64,000 nucleotides of DNA from an uncultured Thiotrichales bacterium (GCA_964636225.1 CAZWQM010000005.1:40668-104667); one strand, 5' to 3'; counted from the first letter of the stretch, positions 39,752 through 50,826 are shown. Notes: a model not told the origin generated them from the letters alone. A program made the numbers and translations.

Positions 39752-41185
39752 ATGTCGATAGGAAAAGAAGTCTCCAGTTCTATTCGATGGATGGCCGGCA
39801 TGCGAATGGTCAGCCAGGTGTTCACTTGGGCAGCCACATTAATTGTCATAAGATTATTGTCGCCCGAGGATTATGGCCTTATGACTCTGGCTGCCGTAGT
39901 AATTGGCTTACTGGATATTCTTGATGACATGGGCCTCGCTTCAACGCTTGTCCAAAAAAAGCAGACATCTGATGAATTTGTGCGGCAAATTTTTGGAATG
40001 CTTTTCATCTTTAACACTGGCTTTTATGTATTGCTGTTTGTCACTGCGCCATGGGTGGCAGATTTCTTTGGTGATGAACGATTATCCGTGATCATTCAAA
40101 TACTAGGTCTGCAGACAATAATTCGTATTTTTTTCTATATACCTAATGCCATCATGCGCAGAAACATGCAGTTTAAATCTGTGTCGTTGATTAAATTTAG
40201 CGCTGTTGTTACACAAAGTATGACAATACTTCTGTTTGCTTATTTAGGTCACGGTGTATGGTCTTTGGTGTACGGCGGTCTTGTCTATACTGGTGTGCAA
40301 ACTATAGGAGCCATGCTGGCATCTAATTATTTTCGCCGGCCAAGTTTTTCCTTTTAAGGTATCGGAGAGGCTTTAAGTTTTGGCGGGTTAATTACAGTTC
40401 ATCGTTTTATGTTTTATTTCTACCATGCGATAGGTTCGGTAATTCTGGGTAAGGTAGATGGACAAAAAGCACTGGGCTACTACTCGGTTGCTATGCAAAT
40501 TGCCCATTTACCCATGGAGAAATTTATGATGATTCTGAATGAAGTGGGTTTCTCGGCTTTTTCAACTATTCAGGATAATCAGAAAAAAATGAATGAATTG
40601 TTATGCAAGGCGGTACGCTTGCTGGGAGTGGTGGTATTTCCTGTATTTATGGGTATTTCGTGTACTTCTCCTGAACTGGTTGCGGTGTTATTAGGCGATA
40701 AATGGACTCCCGTCGCAATACCGTTGCAGATTGTCAGTGCAGTGATGGCACTTAAAATGATGAACATCACTGATCCATTATTATTTGCCATGGGTCGCCC
40801 CGATGTTGGAGTTAAAGCGCTGGCTATAGGATGTGTCATTATGCCAATAGCATTTTACATCGGTTCACACTGGGGTGTTCTGGGCATGTCGATATCATGG
40901 CTGATAGCCTATCCTCCGTATTTTTATATATCCATGAAGATTGTGTTAGCGACTATCGGCATGAAATTCAGTACCTACTTACGTGAATTTACATTCCCGG
41001 CAATTTTCAGCGGTGTTATGTATATCATGGTCATTATCGCCAGAGAGGTGATTAGTCCACATGTTGGAAACACAGCACTGGAATTAGTAATGCTGATATT
41101 TGTAGGCGCAGTAACCTATACAGTACTGGTACTGGCTTTTCAACGTGACATCGTCAAACAACTATATGTGATGGTAAGACATTAA
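39752..41185 (+). pseudogene. Wzx-like oligosaccharide flippase (MOP/PST family) interrupted by one in-frame TAA
   Basis: ORFs 39752..40357 and 40409..41185 are in the same frame (offset 657 = 3x219). Reading through TAA at 40355-40357 gives ...NYFRRPSFSF*GIGEALSFGGLITVHRFMFYFYHAIGSVILGKVDGQKALGYYSVAM..., a contiguous PST-family flippase of about 478 aa. The stop sits where homologues have K in ...F(S/L)KGIGE. Confidence 0.7.
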
Positions 41186-41333
41186 AACAATGTGTGTGAC
41201 GCGCTAAATGTAGGCATCGAAATGACAATGCAGTGCATAGCTTAAAAAACAACCCCTTCACTTTAGGAAACAATTAAAAAGTAGTATAAGTTAAGTCAGC
41301 AAAGTTTCATTTGCAGTGTAAAAGGAGCACTTG

Positions 41334-41621
41334 TTGGCCAAGCGACCGGAAATAGAAGATGAAGAAATTCAGGAATGGGTACAGGCGCTACATGATGTGC
41401 TGGAGCTTCACAAAATAAAATAGCCGGTTTCGTTGGCGATATGTTAAAAGTCAAAGTTAAAGCCCCAGCAAGAGAGGGTAAAGCCAATTTGGCGGTGATA
41501 GATTTATTATCGCTGGAATATAAAGTGCCAAAAAATAACATTTCGCTGATATCGGGCACGACATCAAACTTAAAAATAGTAGAAATTAAAGAAGGTCAGG
41601 CTAAAGATAAAAGGCTATGAT
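41334..41621 (+). pseudogene. YggU/DUF167-family remnant (frameshifted or internally deleted)
   Basis: Frame 1 gives (L)AKRPEIEDEEIQEWVQALHDVLELHKIK*. Frame 3 continues IAGFVGDMLKVKVKAPAREGKANLAVIDLLSLEYKVPKNNISLISGTTSNLKIVEIKEGQ*, matching the DUF167 core (G.HGD.LKV.V.APP.EGKAN). The frames switch at about 41415-41425 and several N-terminal core residues are missing. Confidence 0.45.
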
Positions 41622-42103
41622 TTGCGTACGCGAATAATCACGTCTATATCATCCAGCACAGTGTCATGAGGCAATTTGGGTAATTGCTCCAGATCGACCT
41701 GAAGGGCCGAGATATCCTCAAGTTTTCCGCTGTCCACATGGTACAAGTGATGATGTTTTTCAAGATTTGTGTCGTAAAACACCTTGTTGGCTTCGATGAT
41801 AACTTCATGTAGCAGGCCTTTTCTGGCGAACAGACCTAGCGTATTGTAGACAGTTGCCTTGGACACCTCATCGCTGTCTTTATTAACCATAGCCAATACC
41901 TGCTCTGCAGAGACATGCTGTGCCTTGGCAAATAATGCTTCAGCAATACGCATACGTTGGTGAGTGGGTGTTATTCCACAGCAACGTAAGCGCGCAGAAA
42001 CTTGCTCACTGGTAGGGCTGATATTTTCAGGCGTCAGATTCATGACCGCATTATAATCAGAATTTAGAATAAGTCTATTTTGTAGGTCACATGTCCTGCA
42101 CAA
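41615..42103 (-). CDS. Fur-family metal-responsive transcriptional regulator (start uncertain; probably the internal MNLTPENISP...)
   Basis: It has a winged helix (ATVYNTLGLFARKGLL) and an HHHLYH metal site, but lacks the C-terminal Cys cluster. Confidence 0.7.
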   Translation of the reverse strand: MCRTCDLQNRLILNSDYNAVMNLTPENISPTSEQVSARLRCCGITPTHQRMRIAEALFAKAQHVSAEQVLAMVNKDSDEVSKATVYNTLGLFARKGLLHEVIIEANKVFYDTNLEKHHHLYHVDSGKLEDISALQVDLEQLPKLPHDTVLDDIDVIIRVRKS

Positions 42104-42147
42104 AGAAAGAACAAATCCGCGAAGTTATCAGCCAAACACGCAATCCA

Positions 42148-43212
42148 TTAACTGGGGTGTTTATGGTGGGTGAATTTGCGTTCCTGATCGTCTAGCGAGG
42201 CACCATTGTTACATATCCACTGGGTAATAATCTCAGCAGAAGTTGGGGCCATGGCAACGCCATATCTGAAATGACCGCAATTCAGGTATAGACCCCGAAT
42301 CGTCTGATGCGGGCCAATCGTAGGGATATTATTCATGGTCGCTGGCCTTAATCCTGCCCATTGGTGGGAAATAGGAAAATCGCGTAGTTCAGGAATCATT
42401 GAGATGGCACTGTTATACAATTCCTGGCGTGCCGAGAGAGTAGTACTTTTATCATATCCTGTGTTTTCCAGTGTGCTGCCAGAAATAATCAATCCGTCTT
42501 TTCTTGGAATTATATACAGCCCATTTTTATATTTTATAGTCTTTAACAATCCAGGTTGTGCTTGTATGGCAACAAGTTGCCCTTTCACAGGCTTCACCGA
42601 TGGCAAAGATATATTGGGGTTTGATGTTGACAGTTCAGAAAGCCATGCACCATTGGCACATAAGACTTTATCGGTTTTGATACGGCCTGCGGATGTATCC
42701 ACGCCAATAATTCGATTGTTTTGCAGTAATAACTGACTGGCTGAAGTGTGAGTAAGAAGGGTGAGGTTATTCTCAGTTAAATACTTTACAAGAGCTGAAA
42801 TTAATCTGGGCGTTCTGACTTGTGCAATATCAGGCAAGTGAAACTGCTGCTGGCTAGGTGTGCTTGAGTGAATACGCAGATTGTTGTGAGTGCACCAGGT
42901 AGTAATTGTTTCATCCAGAAAATCATATACCGTCAGGCCACAGTTCCAGAATTCAATATCTATCCCGGTATCATGATGTAACTTTTGGGAAAGTTGTTGG
43001 TAGGATTTGGCAGAGTTGGTAGTTAGGTAGAAAACTTGTGAGTCGTAATGCCACGGTAGAAGAGGTGCAAGTATGCCACCAGCAACCCAGGAACTTTCGT
43101 GACCCAGGGACCCTCGCTCGATAATTGTTAAATTAACACCTCGTTGTGTCAAAAGATAGGCGCTGTAGAGGCCAATAATACCTCCGCCAATAATTACTAG
43201 GTCTGAATTCAC
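42148..43212 (-). CDS. thiO: FAD-dependent glycine oxidase (ThiO-like)
   Basis: 354 aa DAO family with an N-terminal VIIGGGIIG dinucleotide fold. thiS and thiG lie 1.6 kb downstream. Confidence 0.6.
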   Translation of the reverse strand: MNSDLVIIGGGIIGLYSAYLLTQRGVNLTIIERGSLGHESSWVAGGILAPLLPWHYDSQVFYLTTNSAKSYQQLSQKLHHDTGIDIEFWNCGLTVYDFLDETITTWCTHNNLRIHSSTPSQQQFHLPDIAQVRTPRLISALVKYLTENNLTLLTHTSASQLLLQNNRIIGVDTSAGRIKTDKVLCANGAWLSELSTSNPNISLPSVKPVKGQLVAIQAQPGLLKTIKYKNGLYIIPRKDGLIISGSTLENTGYDKSTTLSARQELYNSAISMIPELRDFPISHQWAGLRPATMNNIPTIGPHQTIRGLYLNCGHFRYGVAMAPTSAEIITQWICNNGASLDDQERKFTHHKHPS

Positions 43213-43389
43213 GTTACGCTAAGGTTGATTTCAAAAGTGAATATATATTCGTTTTTACAATGACATGAAGTAATGATTCAATTCGTAAAACATTGTTAAA
43301 TATCCGTAACATTTAATGCATTCAAATAATAACACTGTGATAATTAATGTAGGTAGGAATTAAAAAATAGATTTAGAGGGCTACATACA

Positions 43390-43803
43390 GTGATTATAGC
43401 AAGGGAATTTAATAAAGATATTGTACCTAAAAAACTGACAGATTTACGCGCACCTGTGAAAGATCGAGCCAACCTGTTAGTAGATTTAACAGTGATGTCT
43501 CGCCAGGTAGGTTACTCAATAAGTAAAAAAGTATCCCGCTTTGGAGTGAATTATAATTTATGGCAGGTTTTGGTGACATTATGGAGCGAACATGCTGTGA
43601 CACCGGCTGCGGTTGCTCAATATCTTCAGGTCGAGCCTGCGACAATCAGCCGTTATCTGGATCAGCTTGAGTCTTTGGGTTACATCACACGCGAAAGAAG
43701 TAAAGTGGACCGGCGAGTAGTAGATGTTATTTTGACAACCAATGGTAATAAGGTTGTTAAAGCCGGCTTAAATGAACTCGACGAACTTGGCAAATATTTA
43801 TAA
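43390..43803 (+). CDS. MarR-family transcriptional regulator
   Basis: 137 aa winged helix (ATISRYLDQLESLGYITRERSKVDRR). It is divergent from thiO. Confidence 0.75.
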   Translation: MIIAREFNKDIVPKKLTDLRAPVKDRANLLVDLTVMSRQVGYSISKKVSRFGVNYNLWQVLVTLWSEHAVTPAAVAQYLQVEPATISRYLDQLESLGYITRERSKVDRRVVDVILTTNGNKVVKAGLNELDELGKYL

Positions 43804-44009
43804 CAAATTCAGATTTACATCTCCCTGCAACATGTGAAAGCCTTCCGCTTGAGTTTATCTTGGCGGCAGGACCTTTCATTTTCTATAGAGTTTGGCTGGA
43901 TATCTGCCATGGATATTAGCTTATTGCGATGTAATTAAGGTTTTTTGTATCAGACACTGGATATAATTGAGCACAGGTTTATCTCGTTTATTCCAGAAAA
44001 TGCAAGCAA

Positions 44010-44738
44010 ATGCTTTTTGGTTATCCTTCGGCACTGAGACGCATCGCTAAGTTCGCACATGATCATGCCATGGATTTAACACAAGTTGGAGTGAAAGTCG
44101 TTTTCGTAACTTCTGAATATCTTTATCCAGAGCAGCGTGAGTTGATACAAGACTGCTTTGGTTGTCCGGTTGCCAATGGTTATGGTGGCCGAGATGCAGG
44201 ATTTATCGCGCATGAGTGCCCATCAAAAAACATGCACATTACCGCAGAAGATATTATTGTTGAAATAATTGATCCGCAAGGCCAACCGGTTAAAACAGGC
44301 GAGTCCGGTGAAATTGTGGTGACGCATCTGGCAACAAGGGGGTATCCGTTTATACGCTACCGTACCGGGGATATAGGCATACTGGATGATAAACAATGTG
44401 AATGTGGACGGGGGCTGCCAATTTTAAAAGAAATACAAGGACGCACAACGGATTTTGTCGTTAGCCAAAACGGCAATGTGATGCACGGTTTGGCGTTGAT
44501 CTATGTATTGCGAGAAATAACCAGCATTCAAGAATTCAAAATTATTCAGGAAAGTAAAGACAGCACACGAATTTATTTAATTGTAGACAATGCCTTTAGT
44601 TCAGAGGATAAATATAAGATTGTCCAGGGATTCAAAACCCGCTTGGGTGAGCAGGTGGATATCATTATTGAATGCGTGGATACGATCCCCGCTGAAAAAT
44701 CTGGCAAGTTCAGGTATGTGATTAGTCATGCTATCTAA
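44010..44738 (+). pseudogene. 3' fragment (C-terminal ~240 aa) of a phenylacetate-CoA ligase / CapK / F390-synthetase-family adenylate-forming enzyme
   Basis: It contains the C-terminal subdomain motifs (YRTGDIG...GR..D). The expected ~200 aa N-terminal adenylation half is absent. Upstream there is only 206 bp of non-coding DNA and an in-frame TGA 45 bp before the ATG. Confidence 0.55.
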
Positions 44739-44856
44739 CGTTATCGACAACAGAAAACTCTTCAAGCCCATTATTAATTACCATGGTTAGCTGATACAGA
44801 TTCATCGAGATATCCTGTAAAATCATTCTTGATTAAACTAAGTTCAATTTACGACG

Positions 44857-45057
44857 ATGCAAATTGTATTAAATGGTCGAAGCACAGAAGTGGAAGTGTG
44901 CTGCACAATAACAAACATGCTGGAACAGTTAGCACTGCAGGACCAAAGAGTGGCTGTAGAGGTAAATAAAGAAGTGATACCACGCACGCAACATGTATCA
45001 TTCGAATTAACTTCTGGTGATAGTGTGGAAATCATCCAGGCGGTCGGTGGCGGCTAA
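44857..45057 (+). CDS. thiS: Sulfur carrier protein ThiS
   Basis: 66 aa ending in GG. It is immediately upstream of thiG. Confidence 0.85.
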   Translation: MQIVLNGRSTEVEVCCTITNMLEQLALQDQRVAVEVNKEVIPRTQHVSFELTSGDSVEIIQAVGGG

Positions 45058-45092
45058 TTCAAAAAATCACATTAAATATAGAAAGTAATCAA

Positions 45093-45890
45093 GTGGAAAT
45101 TACACAAGCAGCCTGGAAAATGGGTGAACGTGAGTTCAACTCACGTTTATTGGTTGGCACTGGGAAATACCGGGATTTTGAGCAGACAAGAGAAGCAGTG
45201 ATCGCCAGTGGGGCCGAAATTGTCACAGTAGCGCTACGTCGTACCAATATCGGACAACAGACCGGTGAAGCCAATTTACTGGATTTTATTTCGACCGATC
45301 AATTTACTATTTTACCCAATACGGCAGGCTGTTTTACCTGCGAGGATGCGGTACGGGTTTGTAAACTGGGACGTGAATTACTTGACGGACATTCTCTGGT
45401 CAAACTTGAAGTTCTGGCCGATAAGACAACCCTGTTCCCCAATGTTATCGAGACCATTAAAGCTGCAGAAATATTAGTCAAAGATGGCTTTGAAGTGATG
45501 GTGTATACCAACGATGATCCTGTGATTGCCAAGATACTGGAAGATATCGGCTGCGTGTCCGTGATGCCATTGGCAGCACCGATAGGTTCCGGACTGGGTA
45601 TTCGCAATCCCTATAACATCGTGACAATCATTGAGAATGCAAAAGTGCCTGTGATTGTCGATGCGGGTGTAGGCACGGCTTCTGATGCGGCAATAGCCAT
45701 GGAACTTGGTTGCGATGGTGTGTTGATGAATACTGCCATCGCTGAAGCTACACATCCGGTTACCATGGCCACGGCAATGAATCATGCCATTGTAGCTGGT
45801 CGACTGGCTTATCTGGCAGGGCGTATGCCCAAACGCAGATTTGCTTCAGCTTCTTCACCCGTGGAAGATACTATCTCAGCCAAGCCTTGA
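45093..45890 (+). CDS. thiG: Thiazole synthase
   Basis: 265 aa TIM barrel ([10 protein letters not shown]...[12 protein letters not shown]). Confidence 0.93.
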   Translation: MEITQAAWKMGEREFNSRLLVGTGKYRDFEQTREAVIASGAEIVTVALRRTNIGQQTGEANLLDFISTDQFTILPNTAGCFTCEDAVRVCKLGRELLDGHSLVKLEVLADKTTLFPNVIETIKAAEILVKDGFEVMVYTNDDPVIAKILEDIGCVSVMPLAAPIGSGLGIRNPYNIVTIIENAKVPVIVDAGVGTASDAAIAMELGCDGVLMNTAIAEATHPVTMATAMNHAIVAGRLAYLAGRMPKRRFASASSPVEDTISAKP

Positions 45891-46579
45891 ACGATCCGAT
45901 AACGCCTCCACTAAGAACCAATCGCAGCTTTGTTATTCGCGAAGGCCGATTTACGCGCGCTCAGAAAAAAGCATTTGAGGATTTATGGCCAAAATTTGGC
46001 ATTCCGACTGACGTCATTGACAATATCCATCCAAATGACTGGTTTAGTGCTGATCAGCCTATAATTCTTGATATCGGTTTTGGTAGCGGAGACTCATTAC
46101 TATCACTGGCAATGCAGCGTCCTGATTTGAATTTTATTGGCGTGGAAGTTTATCGGCCCGGAATAGGGGCTGTATTGCGCAAGATACAAATGCAAGAACT
46201 GAATAATATCCGTGTGATTAATACAGACATCATGCAATTATTACGTGCAAGGCTTGCTCCAGATACTATCACCGGAGCCATGGTCTGGTTTCCAGACCCC
46301 TGGCCTAAAACCCGTCACCACAAGCGCAGACTGGTGCAAAAAGAATTTTTACTGCAACTTATCCGAGTCATGCAGAACCAAAGCATTTTGCATCTTGCTA
46401 GCGATTGGCAACCTTATGTTGAGTTTATGCTTAAAGAAATTACACAGGTGGAAAATTTTGTGGCGCTAAAAACAAATCGAAATCCTCTAGGGCTTGAAAG
46501 GCCACCTACGCGCTTTGAGCAGCGTGGGCTACGAAAAAGTCATGAAGTTTCAGACCTGATATACCGAATTGTAAAATAG
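45887..46579 (+). CDS. trmB: tRNA (guanine46-N7)-methyltransferase
   Basis: 230 aa ([13 protein letters not shown]...WFPDPWPK). Confidence 0.9.
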   Translation: MNDPITPPLRTNRSFVIREGRFTRAQKKAFEDLWPKFGIPTDVIDNIHPNDWFSADQPIILDIGFGSGDSLLSLAMQRPDLNFIGVEVYRPGIGAVLRKIQMQELNNIRVINTDIMQLLRARLAPDTITGAMVWFPDPWPKTRHHKRRLVQKEFLLQLIRVMQNQSILHLASDWQPYVEFMLKEITQVENFVALKTNRNPLGLERPPTRFEQRGLRKSHEVSDLIYRIVK

Positions 46580-46583
46580 TGTA

Positions 46584-48362
46584 TTACTGACCCTTCGATT
46601 TGCATGCTGGGCAATGCTCCTGAATAGAAAGAGGACATTTATCTTCATTGCAGTCTTCAATTCGATTCCAGGCAAATTGGATAGCCTGTTGTTCAGTATG
46701 CAGGAAGTGATCATGCCAGGGCTCGCTGGCAAACCCGGTACGCAAAAATACGTCCATGACCTGCTTTTTGGTACGGCAAAACAGAAACTCAATTCCTAGC
46801 CCATGCAGCCTTATCGCAAGCTGATGCAACATTTCCTCGCCGGTAGCATCAATCTCATTAATCCCTTCGGCATCAATAATGATGAATTTAAGTTCAGGTT
46901 TTGAGGCCACGCGTTCCAAAACTTTTTCTTCAAAATAACCAGTATTGGCAAAAAACAGCGGTCCATCAAAACGTAAAATAGAGATTTTCGGGCAGGTTTT
47001 CAGGATATTCGATTCGGCATCAGCAAGACTGCCGTCACTTTGCATAGCCAGTATGGCAATTCTTGGGCGCATGGTTCGGTACATATACATGCTCATGGAC
47101 AGAACTACACCGACCAGGATGCTTTTCTCCAGATGTGGTGCCCATAATAATGTTAAAACAAAGGTAATCATTGCTACTATGGCATCATGTTTCTGCACAC
47201 GCCAAGCATACTTGATGGGCTTGAATTTGATTAAATTCACAACCGCAAGAATAATGACCGCTGCCAGAGTGGGTTGAGGCAAATGATACAAAAGCGGGGT
47301 GAAATACAGCAGGGTAATCATCACCAGGATACCGCTGGAGATGGCCGCAAAACCGGTTTTGGCACCGGCACTAAGGTTGACCGCAGAGCGGGAGAATGAA
47401 CCCGACACGGCATAACCACTGAATAAACTTGAAGTGATGTTGGAAAGTCCCTGTCCTACAAGTCCCTGGTTGACATCTAGGCGTTGGCGTGTCTGAGCGG
47501 CAATGGCTTTTGCCACGGATATCGCTTCAGTAAAGCCGATTAGACCAATGGCTATAGCGTTGGTAATTAATGTTGCGGCGATTTGAAAGTCAATTTCGGG
47601 AAAGGCAAATCCGGGCAAACCCTGAGGGATATCGCCTACAACTTTGCCGCCAATTTCTTCATATTTCATTTTCCAGGAAACAACTGTGGTAATAATCACA
47701 GCAGTCAGAACGCCAGGAATTTTAGGCGCGAACTTTTTAAGCAATATCATTATGGTGAGTGCTGCAATACTATATGCAACTGTCGGCCAGTGGGTATTAT
47801 GTATTATTTGGTCGAAGATCCTCCAGACCGTTTCATAATGGTGTTCTGCCCGTTCTGCTGATACTCCAAACAACTTGCCCAACTGAGAAGTGGCAATAAT
47901 AATGGCTGCACCATTGGTAAAACCGATCACTACAGGGTGTGAGAGGAAATCCACAAAAAAACCCAGCTGTAATAGCCCCAAAGACAGCTGAAACAGGCCG
48001 ACCATTAAAGCCAGCATTACCGCATAGGCCGCATACTGTGTCGGATCCCCCGAGGCATAGGGTGCCAGTGCAGCTGCCGTTAACAAAGAGACTACCGCTA
48101 CCGGCCCTGTGTGTACCTGGCGTGAAGAACCCATTAGTGAAGCAATCATCACGGGCAGAAATGATGCATACAGCCCATAGTAAGCCGGTAGCCCTGCCAA
48201 TTGGGCATAGGCCATGGATTGCGGAATTAATACCAGGGCAACAGTGACCCCGGCAATTAAATCAGCCTTTAAGACCCTCGGGTCTTTTAGTTCATAGATC
48301 CACTCACGAAAGGGTAAAAAACGCTTAGTGAGTCTCCGCGACACGACATTTAATAAATTCAC
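46584..48362 (-). CDS. SulP-family anion permease with a STAS domain and a Cys-rich C-terminal tail
   Basis: 592 aa with a SulP transmembrane core, a STAS domain, and then ...EDCNEDKCPLSIQEHCPACKSKGQ. Confidence 0.85.
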   Translation of the reverse strand: MNLLNVVSRRLTKRFLPFREWIYELKDPRVLKADLIAGVTVALVLIPQSMAYAQLAGLPAYYGLYASFLPVMIASLMGSSRQVHTGPVAVVSLLTAAALAPYASGDPTQYAAYAVMLALMVGLFQLSLGLLQLGFFVDFLSHPVVIGFTNGAAIIIATSQLGKLFGVSAERAEHHYETVWRIFDQIIHNTHWPTVAYSIAALTIMILLKKFAPKIPGVLTAVIITTVVSWKMKYEEIGGKVVGDIPQGLPGFAFPEIDFQIAATLITNAIAIGLIGFTEAISVAKAIAAQTRQRLDVNQGLVGQGLSNITSSLFSGYAVSGSFSRSAVNLSAGAKTGFAAISSGILVMITLLYFTPLLYHLPQPTLAAVIILAVVNLIKFKPIKYAWRVQKHDAIVAMITFVLTLLWAPHLEKSILVGVVLSMSMYMYRTMRPRIAILAMQSDGSLADAESNILKTCPKISILRFDGPLFFANTGYFEEKVLERVASKPELKFIIIDAEGINEIDATGEEMLHQLAIRLHGLGIEFLFCRTKKQVMDVFLRTGFASEPWHDHFLHTEQQAIQFAWNRIEDCNEDKCPLSIQEHCPACKSKGQ

Positions 48363-48524
48363 TAAAAATCCTTTTTGTAGATTTAGCCTGTGAAAGCTGA
48401 AATGGGGTTCTATGGAAATTAATCTGTTGAAGCCAGTAGAAATACTATAGATTATTATAAAACGGATTAAAGATCACAGAATAATTGCATATTAGAAATA
48501 GACTAACCCTAAATCAAGACTTGT

Positions 48525-49557
48525 ATGGGTATGAAATATAAATCATTAGGCAATACAAATCTAAGTGTCAGCAAAATATGCCTGGGCACAATGACTTTCG
48601 GTGAACAGAACACCGAGGCTCAGGCACATCAGCAACTCGACTATGCAATCACGCATGGAGTCAATTTTATTGATACTGCTGAGATGTATCCGGTGCCTCC
48701 ACGCCAACAAACCCAAGGTGCCACCGAAGCCTTTATCGGAAGCTGGTTGCATAAACGCCAATGCAGAGAAAAAGTCATTTTAGCCAGCAAAGTAGCTGGC
48801 CCTGGGATGGATGATGGAGTATTTGCGTAATGGCGCTCAATTGGTGCGAAGCCAAATGGAACAGGCGTTGCACGAAAGCCTTTTGCGCCTGCAAACCGAT
48901 TATATTGATCTTTACCAGATCCATTGGCCTGCACGTAATACTAATTTCTTTAGTAAGCTGGGTTATCAATATGATGAATCTGAATCCACTCCGATTGAAG
49001 AAACGCTGTCGGTACTTAATGATTTTGTTAACTCAGGTAAAGTACGTTACATTGGAATATCCAATGAAACTCCATGGGGTGTGAAAGAATATTTGAGGCT
49101 TTCAGAGCAGCGCCAATGGGCGCGAATTATTTCAATTCAAAACCCCTATAGCCTGCTCAATCGAACTTTTGAAGTCGGTCTGGCAGAATTTGCACACAGA
49201 GAATGCGTTGAGTTGCTGGCCTATTCCCCTCTAGGTTTTGGTGTGCTCACAGGGAAATATTTGAGAAACATTAATCTGAGTAAAGCACGCTTGAGTGTAT
49301 TTGAGGGTTATACGCGCTACAGTAATGAACAGGCAAAAAAAGCCACTGCAGCCTATGTTCAACTCGCGGATGACCACGGCTTGTCCGCTACACAAATGGC
49401 TTTGGCTTATGTGAATAGTCGGCCCTTTGTGGCAGCCAATATTATTGGTGCTACGTCCATTCAACAACTAGAAGAAAATATTCAGAGTGCAGAACTTGAG
49501 TTGTCAGCTGAGGTGCTTGAAGAAATTCACCGTAAAATTCCCAATCCTAGCCCTTAA
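48525..49557 (+). pseudogene. Tas-like NADP-dependent aldo/keto reductase, frameshifted
   Basis: ORF 48525..48830 (N-terminus, like E. coli Tas) and ORF 48811..49557 (the rest) are in different frames. The switch maps to the tandem GATGGATGATGG at 48806-48817. Deleting one GATG gives ...KVAGPGMMEYLRNGAQ... contiguous with the Tas alignment. Confidence 0.7.
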
Positions 49558-50273
49558 GCAGAAATATTTTGTTTTATTAGCATCTGTGTTTGCTTTAACC
49601 ACGTAGCATAGTGGTCGCGTAACTGTTCAGCGTCCATATCTTTGGTGGATATCGGTTTGCCTATATGTAAATGTATTGTGCCTGGTGTTTTTATAAATCC
49701 CTGTTTCGGCCATAAGCGTCCCGCATCGTGAGCGACCGGAAGGATGTCTGATTTGGATTTTTTTGCCAATACAAAGCCGCCAATCTTAAGTGTTTTTTCT
49801 TCACCGTAAGGGATACGTGTGCCTTCAGGAAAAATAAGAATAAACCGGCCCAGTGCCAGTTTTTCTTTGCCGTCTCTAATCAATTGAATAAAGGATTTCT
49901 TGCCCTGCTTTCGATCCAGTGCGATCGGTTGGGTGGATGCAATGCCCCAGCCAAAAAGTGGAACATACAGTAACTCTTTTTTGATTACCCAGGTTAGGGT
50001 TGGAAATATGGAAGGGAAGGCCAGTGTTTCCCAGGTCGACTGGTGGTTGGACATTATCACGCAGGGCTTATCAGGTATATTTTCAAGGCCTGTAATTTCA
50101 TAACGAATGCCACAGGTAATTTTTGCCCAGTAAACATTAAAAGTACACCAGCTGGATACAATCGCGAAACAGATATGATAAGGAAAAAGTCGCGCGACAA
50201 TGCAGGGTATCACCCACAGGCAGGTCGAAAGAGTCATGCCAAGTAAAAACAATGCAGAGCGAATTAAACGCAT
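49554..50273 (-). CDS. plsC: 1-acyl-sn-glycerol-3-phosphate acyltransferase
   Basis: 239 aa with the acyltransferase motifs NHQS and FPEGTR. Confidence 0.8.
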   Translation of the reverse strand: MRLIRSALFLLGMTLSTCLWVIPCIVARLFPYHICFAIVSSWCTFNVYWAKITCGIRYEITGLENIPDKPCVIMSNHQSTWETLAFPSIFPTLTWVIKKELLYVPLFGWGIASTQPIALDRKQGKKSFIQLIRDGKEKLALGRFILIFPEGTRIPYGEEKTLKIGGFVLAKKSKSDILPVAHDAGRLWPKQGFIKTPGTIHLHIGKPISTKDMDAEQLRDHYATWLKQTQMLIKQNISA

Positions 50274-50812
50274 TAGTTGGTTCCTTGTTGTTTCAGTAAT
50301 GACTCAACAGCCTCATATAAATTTTCATAAACCTGAACATGATCGGGCACCTCGCCACTGTTTAAAGTTGATGTGCCTTTTCCTGTTTTAACTAGGACTG
50401 GAATAGCGTCTACTGCCATTGCGGCTTCCAAATCACGCATGGCATCACCAATAAAAGGGGTTGTCTCTAAATTAACGTGTGCGCGATAGGCAATGTCTTG
50501 CAGCAGTCCCGGGTTTGGCTTGCGACAAGGACCACTTAAAAAAGGGCAAAAGAAAAAACCACTAATTCGACCACCAAAGCTTTCTGTCTCATGTAATAGT
50601 TTTTTGTGCATGGAATGTAAAGTGCTGTAATCAAATAAGCCATACGCAATGCCTGACTGATTGCTGGCGATAAATACTTTGATTCCTGCCTTAGTCAAAC
50701 GAGCAATCGCTTCCAGGCTTCCATCAATGGCGTGCCACTCATCTGCACATTTTACGTAATCCGGACTGTCATGATTTATGACCCCATCACGATCGAGAAT
50801 TACTGCTTCCAT
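50273..50812 (-). CDS. gmhB: D-glycero-beta-D-manno-heptose-1,7-bisphosphate 7-phosphatase (HAD family)
   Basis: 179 aa with DRDGVIN and a zinc-binding CxC...C pattern. It is in the glyQS-gmhB-plsC synteny. Confidence 0.8.
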   Translation of the reverse strand: MEAVILDRDGVINHDSPDYVKCADEWHAIDGSLEAIARLTKAGIKVFIASNQSGIAYGLFDYSTLHSMHKKLLHETESFGGRISGFFFCPFLSGPCRKPNPGLLQDIAYRAHVNLETTPFIGDAMRDLEAAMAVDAIPVLVKTGKGTSTLNSGEVPDHVQVYENLYEAVESLLKQQGTN

Positions 50813-50826
50813 TGCTTATTGCGGAG

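Noticed and set aside
41296-41559. 87-aa minus-strand ORF
   Set aside because: It is antisense to a region whose plus strand translates to recognisable YggU/DUF167 sequence, so it is probably a shadow ORF.
43213-43389. Looked for a TPP riboswitch (THI-box, CUGAGA core) upstream of thiO, and at 44739-44856 upstream of thiS
   Set aside because: There is no CTGAGA/TCTCAG core or flanking conserved stems on either strand. The regions look like ordinary AT-rich divergent promoters.
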